DNA of 64,000 nt from an uncultured Ruthenibacterium sp. Lineage in GTDB: Bacteria > Bacillota > Clostridia > Oscillospirales > Ruminococcaceae. The position numbers were made by a program, and so were the translations under genes. Below the pieces are notes generated by a model that saw only the letters and a list, made by a program, of their open reading frames with translations, searched no databases and was not told where the DNA came from. Position 1 is the first letter of the stretch. Each line of letters begins with the position of its first letter. Location of the stretch: NCBI GenBank assembly GCA_910587145.1, contig CAJUMH010000008.1, positions 8,168 through 72,167 on the forward strand. Direction: 5' to 3'. This document shows, in pieces, positions 19,350 through 28,929 of this stretch.

Positions 19350-20135
19350 CTACGCGATCTCTTTTCGGCTGTAAAACCGGAATGCAAACGCAATGCCCAG
19401 CGCGGCAAACACCGCGCCCGAAGCGCAGTATCTGCCGCAAAGCGCTTCCTCGGCAACAATTTTTGCCCCGTCGGCATAGCCGAACGGCGTGAGATATTTT
19501 AAAAATTCCGCGCGCTCGGTAAGGTTTGCGATGAGATTCATAAAGTAAAACGCGGCTGCAAGCCCCAGCCCAACGCCCTGCCCGCCGCGGCGCAAAAAGG
19601 CGGAAAGGCCAAAGGTAATGGCCAATATCTCAAGCTGCATCAGGCCGTAGGCCAAAAACAGCAGCGCCATTGTTTGAAGGGACGGCGTTTCTTCAATGCT
19701 CCGCACGCAGACAGCCGTAACGGCAATGCATCCTGCGTTCAGCGCCAGCACCTGAAGGGCGGCGGCGCACAGCTTTTCGGCCGTGATCCGAATGCGGGAC
19801 ACCGGATGCGTGAGCAGAAATTCGGCGGTGTTCCCCTGCTCCTCCTTCGTCAAAGCCTGAACGCCGGCCAGCGCGGCAAAGAGCGCACCGCCAAGGCCCA
19901 GCACATTGCCGCACTCCACGGCAAAAAAACCGGAAAAATCGCCAAAATTGATGCGGTCCATCCCAAACGCCTGCGAAAATCCGCCCATTTCGGCAAACAT
20001 CGTGCCCACTTCGTCCATTTGCGCGCCCATCTCGGGATAGATGAGAATGCAAACGCCCAGCAAAAAAGCGATGGACAGCGTCCAAATCGCCAGCGACGCC
20101 CTGCCGCGCCGCACCTCATGCCGGAAGATCGTCAT
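19350..20135 (-). CDS. ABC-2 type exporter permease
   Basis: Six TM helices; EEQGNTAEFLLTHPVSR; YLTPFGY. Confidence 0.85.
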   Translation of the reverse strand: MTIFRHEVRRGRASLAIWTLSIAFLLGVCILIYPEMGAQMDEVGTMFAEMGGFSQAFGMDRINFGDFSGFFAVECGNVLGLGGALFAALAGVQALTKEEQGNTAEFLLTHPVSRIRITAEKLCAAALQVLALNAGCIAVTAVCVRSIEETPSLQTMALLFLAYGLMQLEILAITFGLSAFLRRGGQGVGLGLAAAFYFMNLIANLTERAEFLKYLTPFGYADGAKIVAEEALCGRYCASGAVFAALGIAFAFRFYSRKEIA

Positions 20136-21012
20136 GCGGGCCGCCCCCTTTCTGATAATAATGCAAAAACACCTCTTCCAGATCCGGCTCCGTAATGGTG
20201 ATATCCGCCACCGGAAGGCCGGCCAGCGCGCCCAGCAGCGGCCCGGGCGCGCCGCTGTACAAAAAGCTGACGCCGTCCGCCGTCGGCACTGCGCTGCGCA
20301 CCCCGTCCAAAGCGGGCGCAGCGCCCACGCCGCGCAGCGTCACCCGCTTTGCGCCGGTGTGGCCCAGCTGCTCCACACTGCCGCAGGCGAGCAGCCGCCC
20401 CCCACGGATGACGGCGGCATGGCTGCAATAGCGCTGCACCTCGCTGAGCACGTGCGAGGATAAAAACACCGTCGCGCCCTGCGCGCTGCGCTCTTTGAGC
20501 AGCGCGTAAAATTCCCGCTGCATCAGCGGATCCAAACCGCTCGTCGGCTCGTCCATCACATACAGCCGCGGCTCGTGCTGCATGGCACACACAACGCCCA
20601 CCTTTTTGCGGTTGCCCAAAGACAGCGTTTCCACCCGTTTGGTATCGTCCAGTTCCAGCCGCTCGCACAGGCTCTTTGCCTGTGCTGCGCAGTCCTTTTT
20701 GCGCAGCGCGGCAGAAAAACGCAGCACCTCCCGCACACGCATCCCGGGATAAAACTGCACCTCGGCCGGCAAGTAGCCAACCTCGGCCAAAAGCGCGGTA
20801 TTTCCCTTTGCCGCCTCGTGCCCCAGTATCCGCGCCGTACCGGAGGTTCGCTCAATAAGCCCCAGCAGCATGCGGATGGTGGTGCTTTTGCCCGCGCCGT
20901 TCGGGCCGATGAAGCCGAAGATCTCCCCCTGCCGTACCGCAAGGGTAATTTCCTCCACGCCGCGGGTCTTGCCGTAATACTTTGTCAGACGATCCAGTTC
21001 AATTGCGTACAT
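20116..21012 (-). CDS. ABC exporter ATP-binding protein
   Basis: Start MYAIELDRLTK; GPNGAGKST, LSLGNRKK, VMDEPTSGLD, SSHVLSE. Confidence 0.92.
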   Translation of the reverse strand: MYAIELDRLTKYYGKTRGVEEITLAVRQGEIFGFIGPNGAGKSTTIRMLLGLIERTSGTARILGHEAAKGNTALLAEVGYLPAEVQFYPGMRVREVLRFSAALRKKDCAAQAKSLCERLELDDTKRVETLSLGNRKKVGVVCAMQHEPRLYVMDEPTSGLDPLMQREFYALLKERSAQGATVFLSSHVLSEVQRYCSHAAVIRGGRLLACGSVEQLGHTGAKRVTLRGVGAAPALDGVRSAVPTADGVSFLYSGAPGPLLGALAGLPVADITITEPDLEEVFLHYYQKGGGPHDDLPA

Positions 21013-21085
21013 GGGCATTCTCCTCTTTCGTTTCTTCCTGCTCCGGCCGTTCGGCCGGCCGCGCCGGCGTTTTCTCCTGCCGTTC

Positions 21086-21715
21086 CTACGGCGGCCGCGG
21101 CTCGCTTCTTCGCAGATAGATCGTTTTCCAGAAGGCAAGCAGCCGGCAAAAATCCTGTTCCATCTGCGCGGTGTCCAGCCCGCCGCGCTTTTGCAGCATC
21201 TCCCAAAGATATCCTTCCGAGGCCCAGTACATCTCCCGATACATCATCTGCAGGTCCAGCCCCGGCACAAAATCGTCCGGATCCAGCTGCGCCAGCGCAC
21301 GCGCGGCCTTGCGGTCGAAATGGCGGGTATAGCTGCTCTGCATCGCAGCGTAGATCTCCGCATCCTTTTCATAAAACGCATTGACCGCAAACCGTGCCAT
21401 ATACGGGTATTCCGCCATCAGACGAAATTTTGCGCGCATGCCGCGCTCCATCATCTCGAACAGATCCGTCGGCTCGTAGCAGCGCTCTTCCTCCAGATAG
21501 CGCACGGTTTGATCGGCGGCATATTCCCACAAAAAGAGATACAGCTCCTTTTTATTGTGAAAATAGTGGAACAGCAGCGATTTGCTGATGCCGGCAGCCG
21601 CCGCGATCTCGCCCACGGGGCTTTTGCGGTAGCTGTTTTGTGCAAACACCTCGAAGCCCGCGTTGATGATGCGCTGCCGCTTTTCTTCGGGCAGCCGGAA
21701 AAATTTTTCGTTCAT
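21086..21715 (-). CDS. TetR/AcrR family transcriptional regulator
   Basis: MNEKFFRLPEEKRQRIINAGFEVFAQNSY...IAAAAGISKSLLFHYFHNKKELY HTH; RBS GGGAGG. Confidence 0.92.
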   Translation of the reverse strand: MNEKFFRLPEEKRQRIINAGFEVFAQNSYRKSPVGEIAAAAGISKSLLFHYFHNKKELYLFLWEYAADQTVRYLEEERCYEPTDLFEMMERGMRAKFRLMAEYPYMARFAVNAFYEKDAEIYAAMQSSYTRHFDRKAARALAQLDPDDFVPGLDLQMMYREMYWASEGYLWEMLQKRGGLDTAQMEQDFCRLLAFWKTIYLRRSEPRPP

Positions 21716-21906
21716 GTAGCCTCCCTGCGGCACATTCCGCAGCCGTTTTCTGTTTTGATTTTCCTCAGGTTTGCCGGCCTGTGCGCCGCACGCGCTTTTG
21801 CCGCTTTGCGCAGATTCTTTCGTAGCCGTGTGCCTTTCGTTCCTTTTGCGGGCTTTTTTCGGCGCACTGCACGCTTTTCTCCTTTTGGCGGGGGTTCTGC
21901 GGTGCA

Positions 21907-21923
21907 TCGACCGGGCCGGTCAA
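21907..21923. promoter_or_regulatory. TetR-type operator palindrome
   Basis: TCGACCGG-G-CCGGTCAA (one mismatch) upstream of tetR; a further TTGACCG half-site at 21953. Confidence 0.6.
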
Positions 21924-22089
21924 TGTTTTCTCTGATTCTTATTATAATCCGTTGACCGTTTTTGAGAAGACTCCATTTTGTTTTTTCGGCAAAAAAACGG
22001 CATCGAAAAAGCGCAGGGCGGCCTGCCGGATCGCCTTTGTCCGGCATCGGCAAATGGTATCGGCAAAAAAGCGGATTATTCAAAAAGGC

Positions 22090-22118
22090 TTGCCCTTTTG
22101 CACGGGCTGTGCTATACT
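22090..22118 (+). promoter_or_regulatory. Sigma-A promoter upstream of the MarR gene
   Basis: TTGCCC, 17 bp, TATACT with extended -10 TG. Confidence 0.55.
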
Positions 22119-22325
22119 GCTAAAGGTTTACAAAGTGAACTTGTTGCGCAGCCTTTTGTTTGCCTTCTCCAAAACACCCGGTCTGAGGGACGGTTCCATA
22201 AAAAACAAAGCCGTGGAATTCTGCCGTGCAGCGGCATCTGCAGCGTCGCCAAAGCTTGGAATGCACAAAGTGTTTCGGCAATTTCCCGGGTGGGCAAACA
22301 CAGGCAAAAAAGGAGGAAGATCGGC

Positions 22326-22772
22326 ATGCCGGACAACACCGAGTTGTGCGAACGTGTGCTTTGCGCATGGACAGAGATCAGCGGTTTTTTGAAGAACTCC
22401 CGCATGACGCAGGGCATTACTTACAACGAGGCCGTTACCATGATGCTGGTATACGAGCAATACAAAAAGGACGGCGTCGGGCTTACGCCGATGCAGACGA
22501 TTTTGAAGCGGACGCGCATGCTGAAAAGCCTTGCCAACCGCACAGTCAACGCCTTGTGCGCGCAGGGATACCTGATCAAGGCGCAAAGCGGCACGGACGC
22601 GCGCATGCTGTATGTGCGCCCTGTGCCGGAGCGCCTGCCGGATTTTCTTGCGGTGCACGAGCGCTCGCTGCAATATGCCGGGGCCGTAATCGACGTGATC
22701 GGCGAGGAGGACGCGCAGCGCTTTGTTCACATCTGCGAAAAGCTTCTTGCGGCAGAGCCTCGGCTTTCGTAA
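22326..22772 (+). CDS. MarR family transcriptional regulator
   Basis: Start after AGGAGG; wHTH pattern (KSLANRTVNALCAQGYLIK...DARMLYV). Confidence 0.8.
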   Translation: MPDNTELCERVLCAWTEISGFLKNSRMTQGITYNEAVTMMLVYEQYKKDGVGLTPMQTILKRTRMLKSLANRTVNALCAQGYLIKAQSGTDARMLYVRPVPERLPDFLAVHERSLQYAGAVIDVIGEEDAQRFVHICEKLLAAEPRLS

Positions 22773-22917
22773 GCCTTTTCTTTCATAAGCTTTGGACTTT
22801 GGAGGCTTCGCGCTTTTGAGGGCTTCCCTCTTTTGGGGGCTTCGCGTATAAACATCGCCCGGCAAGGGATGTAAGCTTCCGCACAAATCATATTGTACAG
22901 AGAAGGGAGTCATTTGT

Positions 22918-23781
22918 ATGGCAATTCGCATCATCACCGATTCCGCTTCGGACATCACGGCGCTCCGCCGCCCGGAGCTCACCGTTTTGCCCATGACGAT
23001 CAGCTTTGGGGAAAAAACGTTTCGGGACGGCGTTGATTTAACGCACAGACAATTTTACGAGCGGCTGATCGAGAGCAGCACGCTGCCCATCACCAGCCAG
23101 ATCGTTCCCACGCAGTTTGAAGCGGCCTTTCAGGCGGCAGTGGATGCCGGGGAGACTGTGGTGGCCATCACCCTTTCCGGCAAGCTTTCCGGCACCTGGC
23201 AAAACGCCGTATTGGCCGCGCAGAGCTTTCCCGGCAGGGTATATGTTGTAGACAGCTGCAACGCGGCCATTGGAGAGATGATCCTTGTGGAGCGTGCGCT
23301 GGAGCTTGCACAGCAGGGGCTTCCCGCGCAGGAAATGGCCGCTGTGCTGGAGCGGGAAAAAGAAGATATCCGGCTGATCGCCCTTTTGGATACGCTCGAA
23401 TACTTAAAGCGCGGCGGCCGCATCTCCTCCTCTGTGGCGCTGGTGGGCGGCCTGCTCTCCATCAGACCTGTGGTCGCCGTTGTAAACGGCGAGGTTGCGC
23501 TGCTGGGCAAGGCCCGCGGCTCGCGCAACGGGAACAATCTGCTGGCGCAGGAGATCAAAAAAACCGCGGGCATTGATTTTAGCCGCCCGTACCGCCTTGG
23601 CTATACCGGCCTCGATGATACGCTGCTGCAAAAATACATCGAGGACAGCGCCGCGCTCTGGCGGGCGCATACCGATTCGCTGCCCGTGTGCACTGTGGGC
23701 GGCACCATCGGCACACACGTGGGCCCCGGCGCCATTGCGGTGGCTTTTTTCTGCAAAAGCGAACACCGGGCTTTTTTTTAG
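22918..23781 (+). CDS. DegV family fatty-acid-binding protein
   Basis: IITDSASD, ITSQ, SGKLSGTWQ, YLKRGGRI, IGTHVGPG motifs. Confidence 0.93.
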   Translation: MAIRIITDSASDITALRRPELTVLPMTISFGEKTFRDGVDLTHRQFYERLIESSTLPITSQIVPTQFEAAFQAAVDAGETVVAITLSGKLSGTWQNAVLAAQSFPGRVYVVDSCNAAIGEMILVERALELAQQGLPAQEMAAVLEREKEDIRLIALLDTLEYLKRGGRISSSVALVGGLLSIRPVVAVVNGEVALLGKARGSRNGNNLLAQEIKKTAGIDFSRPYRLGYTGLDDTLLQKYIEDSAALWRAHTDSLPVCTVGGTIGTHVGPGAIAVAFFCKSEHRAFF

Positions 23782-23949
23782 AGCAAAAATATGCTATGAT
23801 ACAATAAAGTGTCTCCATGGTTCCTGCGAGGCGCGGTACCGGCAGTTTTTCCGGATCTGTCCGGCCCGCAGGGAGCTGTTTGCGCAGCTGGCCGAAGACA
23901 ATGCCTTGGGCAGGGCAGAATGAATCCGTCCATTTAAAAAGGAGATGTT

Positions 23950-24594
23950 ATGATGAAAATTTGCTCGGTATCCGACGCAGAATTCAAAGCATACTGCCGC
24001 ATCGTAACGGGAATGGACAAGACCGTAAACAAGCTTTTGGGCGTGCTGCAAAACGCCCCGCAGCCCGCAAAGGGCACCGCCTATGTGCCCACCGACCCTG
24101 CTTTGCAGGAGCTGCCCGCGTCCACCGAAATCGGCGAGCACTGCTTTGGCGGCATGCCGGTACAGCTTGGCTGGTGCAACGGCCGCAACACAAGGCTGAA
24201 CTGTCTGGAATACCACCGCGACAGCGAATTCAATCTGGGCACGGAGGATTTTATTCTGCTGCTGGCAAAGCAGGACGAGATCGAGAACGGCAGGCTGGAT
24301 ACCGCCAGAGTAAAAGCCTTCCGCGTGCCGGCCGGCACACTGGTGGAGGTATACGCCACAACGCTGCATTACGCACCCTGCCACTGCAGCGCCGAAAAGG
24401 GCTTTCGCGTGCTGGTGGCGCTGCCGTGGCTGACAAACACCGAGCGCCCGGTTTTTGAGGCCGTTACGCCCGAGGACGCGCTGCTGCGCGCGCGCAACAA
24501 ATGGCTGCTGGCGCACCCCGAGAGCCAGGAGGCCGCGGCGGGCGCGTACATCGGCCTTACAGGCGAAAACATTGATATTGCCGAGCTGATTTAA
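23950..24594 (+). CDS. DUF4867-like (cupin-type) protein
   Basis: QLGWCNGRNTRLNCLEYHRDSEFN and EVYATTLHYAPC patterns; RBS AAGGAG. Confidence 0.75.
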   Translation: MMKICSVSDAEFKAYCRIVTGMDKTVNKLLGVLQNAPQPAKGTAYVPTDPALQELPASTEIGEHCFGGMPVQLGWCNGRNTRLNCLEYHRDSEFNLGTEDFILLLAKQDEIENGRLDTARVKAFRVPAGTLVEVYATTLHYAPCHCSAEKGFRVLVALPWLTNTERPVFEAVTPEDALLRARNKWLLAHPESQEAAAGAYIGLTGENIDIAELI

Positions 24595-24653
24595 AACCCG
24601 ATCGGCCCGGCTGAAAAAACGGTCCGTCAAGGATCAGGAGAGGACGAAAAAGC

Positions 24654-25313
24654 ATGAAATTTTTTATCGACACCGCCAACACAGACGAGATCCGCGCCGC
24701 AAACGACATGGGCGTGATTGCGGGCGTTACCACGAACCCGAGCCTGATTGCCAAGGAAGGCCGCGACTACGCCGAAGCGCTGGCCGAGATCGCCTCCATC
24801 GTGGATGGGCCCATCAGCGGCGAGGTAAAGGCCACCACGGCAGACGCCGCCGGCATGATCGCGGAGGGCCGCGCCATCTACGCGTTGGATCCGAAGCACA
24901 TGGTGGTAAAGATCCCCATGACCGTGGAAGGGCTGAAGGCCATCAAGGTGCTTGCCGCCGAGGGCATCCCCACAAACTGCACGCTGATCTTCAGTGCGAA
25001 TCAGGCGCTTTTAGCGGCGCGCGCGGGCGCGGCGTATGTTTCGCCGTTCCTCGGCCGCCTCGACGACATCAGCCAGCCGGGCATTGAGCTTATCCAGACG
25101 ATCGCGGAGATGTTTGCAAATTACGACGACATCAAAACCGAGATCATCGCAGCCTCCGTGCGCAACCCCATCCACGTGACAGACTGTGCACTGGCCGGCG
25201 CGGACATTGCCACCGTGCCGTACAAGGTGATCGAACAGATGACAAAGCACCCGCTCACGGATGCCGGCATTGAAAAATTCGTTGCCGATTACACCAAGGT
25301 ATTTGGAGCCTAA
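24654..25313 (+). CDS. tal: Transaldolase / fructose-6-phosphate aldolase family (small type)
   Basis: [24 protein letters not shown] Schiff-base Lys, [16 protein letters not shown]. Confidence 0.92.
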   Translation: MKFFIDTANTDEIRAANDMGVIAGVTTNPSLIAKEGRDYAEALAEIASIVDGPISGEVKATTADAAGMIAEGRAIYALDPKHMVVKIPMTVEGLKAIKVLAAEGIPTNCTLIFSANQALLAARAGAAYVSPFLGRLDDISQPGIELIQTIAEMFANYDDIKTEIIAASVRNPIHVTDCALAGADIATVPYKVIEQMTKHPLTDAGIEKFVADYTKVFGA

Positions 25314-25421
25314 GCCGTTTGACGGACGAACGGTCTGTGTCGGCCGCAGCAATGGCCGGCCTGCCGCAGTACAAAAACGCGCTCGCCACTTTGGGCACGG
25401 TCCCACCAGAAAACGAAGCAG

Positions 25422-25461
25422 CGGCGCCCTTTTCGGCCTGAAGCGGCCGAAAAGGGCGCCG
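25422..25461. terminator. Bidirectional terminator between tal and rlmH
   Basis: 17-bp stem CGGCGCCCTTTTCGGCC / GGCCGAAAAGGGCGCCG between convergent genes. Confidence 0.75.
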
Positions 25462-25494
25462 ATTTTTGCTGCTTTTGCATCGATCTATTTCGTC

Positions 25495-25980
25495 TTATTT
25501 GTGGTACTTCCCGCCGCCGTTGATGGAAAACGCGCGGTAGATCTGCTCCAGCAGCATCACACGCGCAAGCTGATGCGGGAACGTCATACGGCTCATGGAA
25601 AGGCGCACAGCGGCAGTCTGCTTGACGCCTTCGGAAAGGCCGTGCGAAGAACCGATGGCAAACGCCACGTCCCCCGCGCCGCTCTGCGCCCGCCCGGCGA
25701 AAAACGCCGCCAGCTCCTCGCTCGTTTTTTGTTTGCCCTCAATGCAGAGCGCCACAAGGCAGCTGCCCTTTGGCACGGCGGCAAGGATGGCTTTCCCCTC
25801 TTTTTCCAGCGCCTTGGCCACCACCGCGGGAGATGCGCTTTTTTCGGCGATGGGCTCCTCGGGCAGCTCTACCACATTCAGGCGGCAATAGGCCCCCAGG
25901 CGCTTTGCATACTCGGCCGCGGCTTTGGCGTAATAATCCGCGTTCAGCCTGCCCAGCGCGATCACCGTCACGGTCTGCAT
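25495..25980 (-). CDS. rlmH: 23S rRNA (pseudouridine1915-N3)-methyltransferase
   Basis: SPOUT C-terminus FAIGSSHGL...LSMSRMTFPHQLARVMLLEQIYRAFSI...YHK. Confidence 0.95.
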   Translation of the reverse strand: MQTVTVIALGRLNADYYAKAAAEYAKRLGAYCRLNVVELPEEPIAEKSASPAVVAKALEKEGKAILAAVPKGSCLVALCIEGKQKTSEELAAFFAGRAQSGAGDVAFAIGSSHGLSEGVKQTAAVRLSMSRMTFPHQLARVMLLEQIYRAFSINGGGKYHK

Positions 25981-26167
25981 GGCATGGGTGCCTCCCTTCT
26001 TTTGAGACATCGCGGGTTTTGACGATCTGTTGCGTTCCGGAATCCGTTCGTCAAATAAATTATGTAATTAAAGCTGTAATTTTTGTCTGCGCAAAAGAGA
26101 CAGCGCTTAAAAAAACGGCGCGCTCTTTGGAAAGCGAAAAACACCTTTGTTCAAAATACGGCTTTTT

Positions 26168-26965
26168 TCAAAACTCGATCACCGGCGAAACCTCATGGCG
26201 GCGCGCCGCCTGCACCATGCAGCCCTCGCCCGGCACAAGCCCCGCCCGCAGCAGCGCCACGCGCACGCTTTCCAGCGCGAGCTCCGGGGTGTTGTTCTCC
26301 TGACTGATATGGCACAGCATAAATTTTTTGCAGCCGTTTATCATCAGCCGCACCAGTGTCTGCGCGCTTTCGTCGTTGCTCAAATGGCCGCGGCGCGACG
26401 CAATGCGCTGCTTGAGCATGCGCGGATACGGCCCCAGCAGCAGCATCTGTTCGTCGTAGTTCGCCTCCAGCGCGACAACATCCGAAAGCAGCAGATTTGC
26501 CAGCACCTCGTCGCTGACAAAGCCCAGGTCGGTGGCGATGCTCACCACCTTGCCCGACGGCGTTGTAATGCGGTATCCCCGGCACGCGACGGAATCGTGG
26601 CTTGTTTCAAAGCTCTGCACCTGAAAGCCGCCCACCGCCTCGGTGCGCCCGTCAATATCGACAAGGCGCGTATGTTCGGGGATCAGACGGTGCTCCGCAA
26701 GATATTGCAGCGTAGCGGCGCTGCCGTACAGCGGGATGGGGTGATGCTTCAAAAAAATGGCCAGCCCGCCGATGTGATCAGAGTGCTCGTGTGTAATGAG
26801 AATGCCGTCCAGCGATTGCGGCGTAAGGCCCAGCTCCTTCAGCGCGTTCTGCGTTAGCCGGCAGCTCTTGCCCATATCCACCAGCAGGCAGCGTCCGCTT
26901 TCCTCCACCACCGCGCAGTTGCCGGACGAGCCGGAATACAGGGTTGTAAAGCGCGCCATATCCAT
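26168..26965 (-). CDS. MBL-fold metallohydrolase, YycJ/WalJ-like
   Basis: YSGSSGN, THEHSDH, SHDS, LEANYD, RRGHLSN, LCHISQENN. Confidence 0.9.
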   Translation of the reverse strand: MDMARFTTLYSGSSGNCAVVEESGRCLLVDMGKSCRLTQNALKELGLTPQSLDGILITHEHSDHIGGLAIFLKHHPIPLYGSAATLQYLAEHRLIPEHTRLVDIDGRTEAVGGFQVQSFETSHDSVACRGYRITTPSGKVVSIATDLGFVSDEVLANLLLSDVVALEANYDEQMLLLGPYPRMLKQRIASRRGHLSNDESAQTLVRLMINGCKKFMLCHISQENNTPELALESVRVALLRAGLVPGEGCMVQAARRHEVSPVIEF

Positions 26966-27000
26966 TCCCCCTCTTTCTTCGAAAATGCCGGCGTCGGCAC

Positions 27001-27095
27001 GGGCTGTTCCGGCTGTTCCCAGCTACTCTTGGCCGCTCCCGCTTACTCCCGGCTGTTCCGGCCGCTCCTGGCCGCCCACGGCTATTCCCGGCTGC
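27001..27095. repeat. Degenerate 9-10 bp tandem array between murA and the MBL gene
   Basis: About ten units such as GGCTGTTCC(C), AGCTACTCTT, GGCCGCTCCC, GCTTACTCCC, GGCTATTCCC. Confidence 0.6.
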
Positions 27096-27200
27096 GCCGC
27101 ACATGTTTGCGGCCGCGCTCGGCTTTTTGGGGAGCAAAACAGATTTTTACAAAGCAAGAGGGGGCTTTTTGCCCCCTCTCCGGCTCTTGTAGCCTCAATT

Positions 27201-28487
27201 TTACAGCGCCGCCTGCCGCAGCAAGGCCGTGGGCTTTTCCACGCGCCGGATATCCGCTCCAAGGCCGCGCAGCTTTTCCACAATGTCCTCGTAGCCGCGC
27301 TCGATGTGGCTGATCTCATCCACCTCGGAAACGCCGTCCGCCGCCAGAGCCGCCACCACAAGTGCGGCGCCGGCACGCAGGTCGGATGCGCGCATCGGCG
27401 CGGGCAGCAGCTCCTGCACGCCCTCGATCACCGCAACACGCCCGTCCACCTGAATGTTCGCGCCCATACGCGTCAGCTCGTCCACATAGCGGAAGCGGTT
27501 TTCCCAAATGCCCTCCGTAATGATGGAGGTGCCCTTCGCAAGGCTCAGCAGCACCGTCATCAGCGGCTGCATATCCGTGGGGAAGCCCGGATGCGGCATC
27601 GTCTTAATGTTCAGCGGCTCTAAATCGCCCGTGCGGTAAATGCGCACGGAATCATCAAATTCCTCCACCGTGGCGCCCGCTTTCTCCAGCTTGGTGGTAA
27701 TGGGCTCCAGATGCTTTGGGATGACATTTTTGATCAGCACATTGCCGCCCGTGATGGTGGCGGCCACCATATAGCTGCCCGCCTCGATCTGATCGGGAAT
27801 GATGGAATAGGTGCAGCCGTGCATGCACTCCACGCCGCGGATCTTGATAACGTCCGTTCCCGCGCCGCGCACATCCGCGCCCATCATATTCAGGAAATTC
27901 GCCACATCCACAATGTGCGGTTCCTTGGCCACATTTTCCAGCACCGTCAGCCCCTCGGCCATCACGGCCGCCAGCATGGCATTGATGGTCGCGCCGACAG
28001 AAACCGTATCAAAAAACACATCCTCACCGCGCAGGCGCTGCGCCTCTACACCGATCATACCGTATTCTACCGAGTCCCTTGCGCCCAGCGACGCGAATGC
28101 CTTTAAATGCTGGTCGATGGGGCGCGGGCCAAGATCGCACCCGCCGGGCATTGCGACAGTGGCCTTGCCAAAACGGCCGAGCAGCGCGCCCAAAAAGTAA
28201 TACGACGCGCGCATCTGCCGCGAAAGCTCGTTCGGCACAGTGGTGCAGGTGATGCGCGAGGTATCAATCTGCAGCGTGTGCTTGTTGATAAAGCGCACCT
28301 GTGCACCCATCGCGCTGAGAATATCCACCGAGGCGCTGACGTCGCTGATGTTCGGCAAATTTTCGATCACACAAATTCCGCCCGCCAAAATCGTCGCCGG
28401 CAAAATTGCCACTGCGGCGTTCTTCGCGCCGCTGATCTCGATTTCTCCCATCAGCGGCTTGCCGCCGTGAATCACAAATTTTTCCAA
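27201..28487 (-). CDS. murA: UDP-N-acetylglucosamine 1-carboxyvinyltransferase
   Basis: SGAKNA, MPGGCDLGPRPIDQH (active-site Cys present), PGFPTDMQP, DLRAGAAL. Confidence 0.96.
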   Translation of the reverse strand: MEKFVIHGGKPLMGEIEISGAKNAAVAILPATILAGGICVIENLPNISDVSASVDILSAMGAQVRFINKHTLQIDTSRITCTTVPNELSRQMRASYYFLGALLGRFGKATVAMPGGCDLGPRPIDQHLKAFASLGARDSVEYGMIGVEAQRLRGEDVFFDTVSVGATINAMLAAVMAEGLTVLENVAKEPHIVDVANFLNMMGADVRGAGTDVIKIRGVECMHGCTYSIIPDQIEAGSYMVAATITGGNVLIKNVIPKHLEPITTKLEKAGATVEEFDDSVRIYRTGDLEPLNIKTMPHPGFPTDMQPLMTVLLSLAKGTSIITEGIWENRFRYVDELTRMGANIQVDGRVAVIEGVQELLPAPMRASDLRAGAALVVAALAADGVSEVDEISHIERGYEDIVEKLRGLGADIRRVEKPTALLRQAAL

Positions 28488-28861
28488 ATGATGTGCACGC
28501 TCCCCTTAAACCTCTGTTTTGCCGCCCGCTGCCCGAAACGCTTTCCGCGGCGGCAAACGAAAAAAACGGATGATGCTTTTTTATTCCAACAGGAAAGGCC
28601 CGGCCGGCATTCATCCGGCCCGGTGCGGCATCGACCTTTTTCGACCGCCGCCGCAGCACCGCAGCATCTTATTTTCCGCAATACCGCTGCAACTTCCCTC
28701 TCGTGATTGTATCCCAAAAAACCGGATCCATACGACTCTGGCAGAAACTGGCAAAAAAAATGCATAAGCCGCCTGCTTTTTACACGCATAGAATATGATA
28801 GCATGTTTTGCGGGTTTTGGCAAGACGCGGACGGGGATTGCAGGGCATTTTGTCATCAAAA

Positions 28862-28883
28862 TTTCATAATTTTTTCATAATTT
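28862..28883. promoter_or_regulatory. Tandem 11-bp direct repeat between the M23 gene and murA
   Basis: TTTCATAATTT twice head to tail. Confidence 0.35.
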
Positions 28884-28929
28884 CCGTCAAGCACTGCAAG
28901 CTCCCCCGGCCGCACAAAATGCGCGCGGC

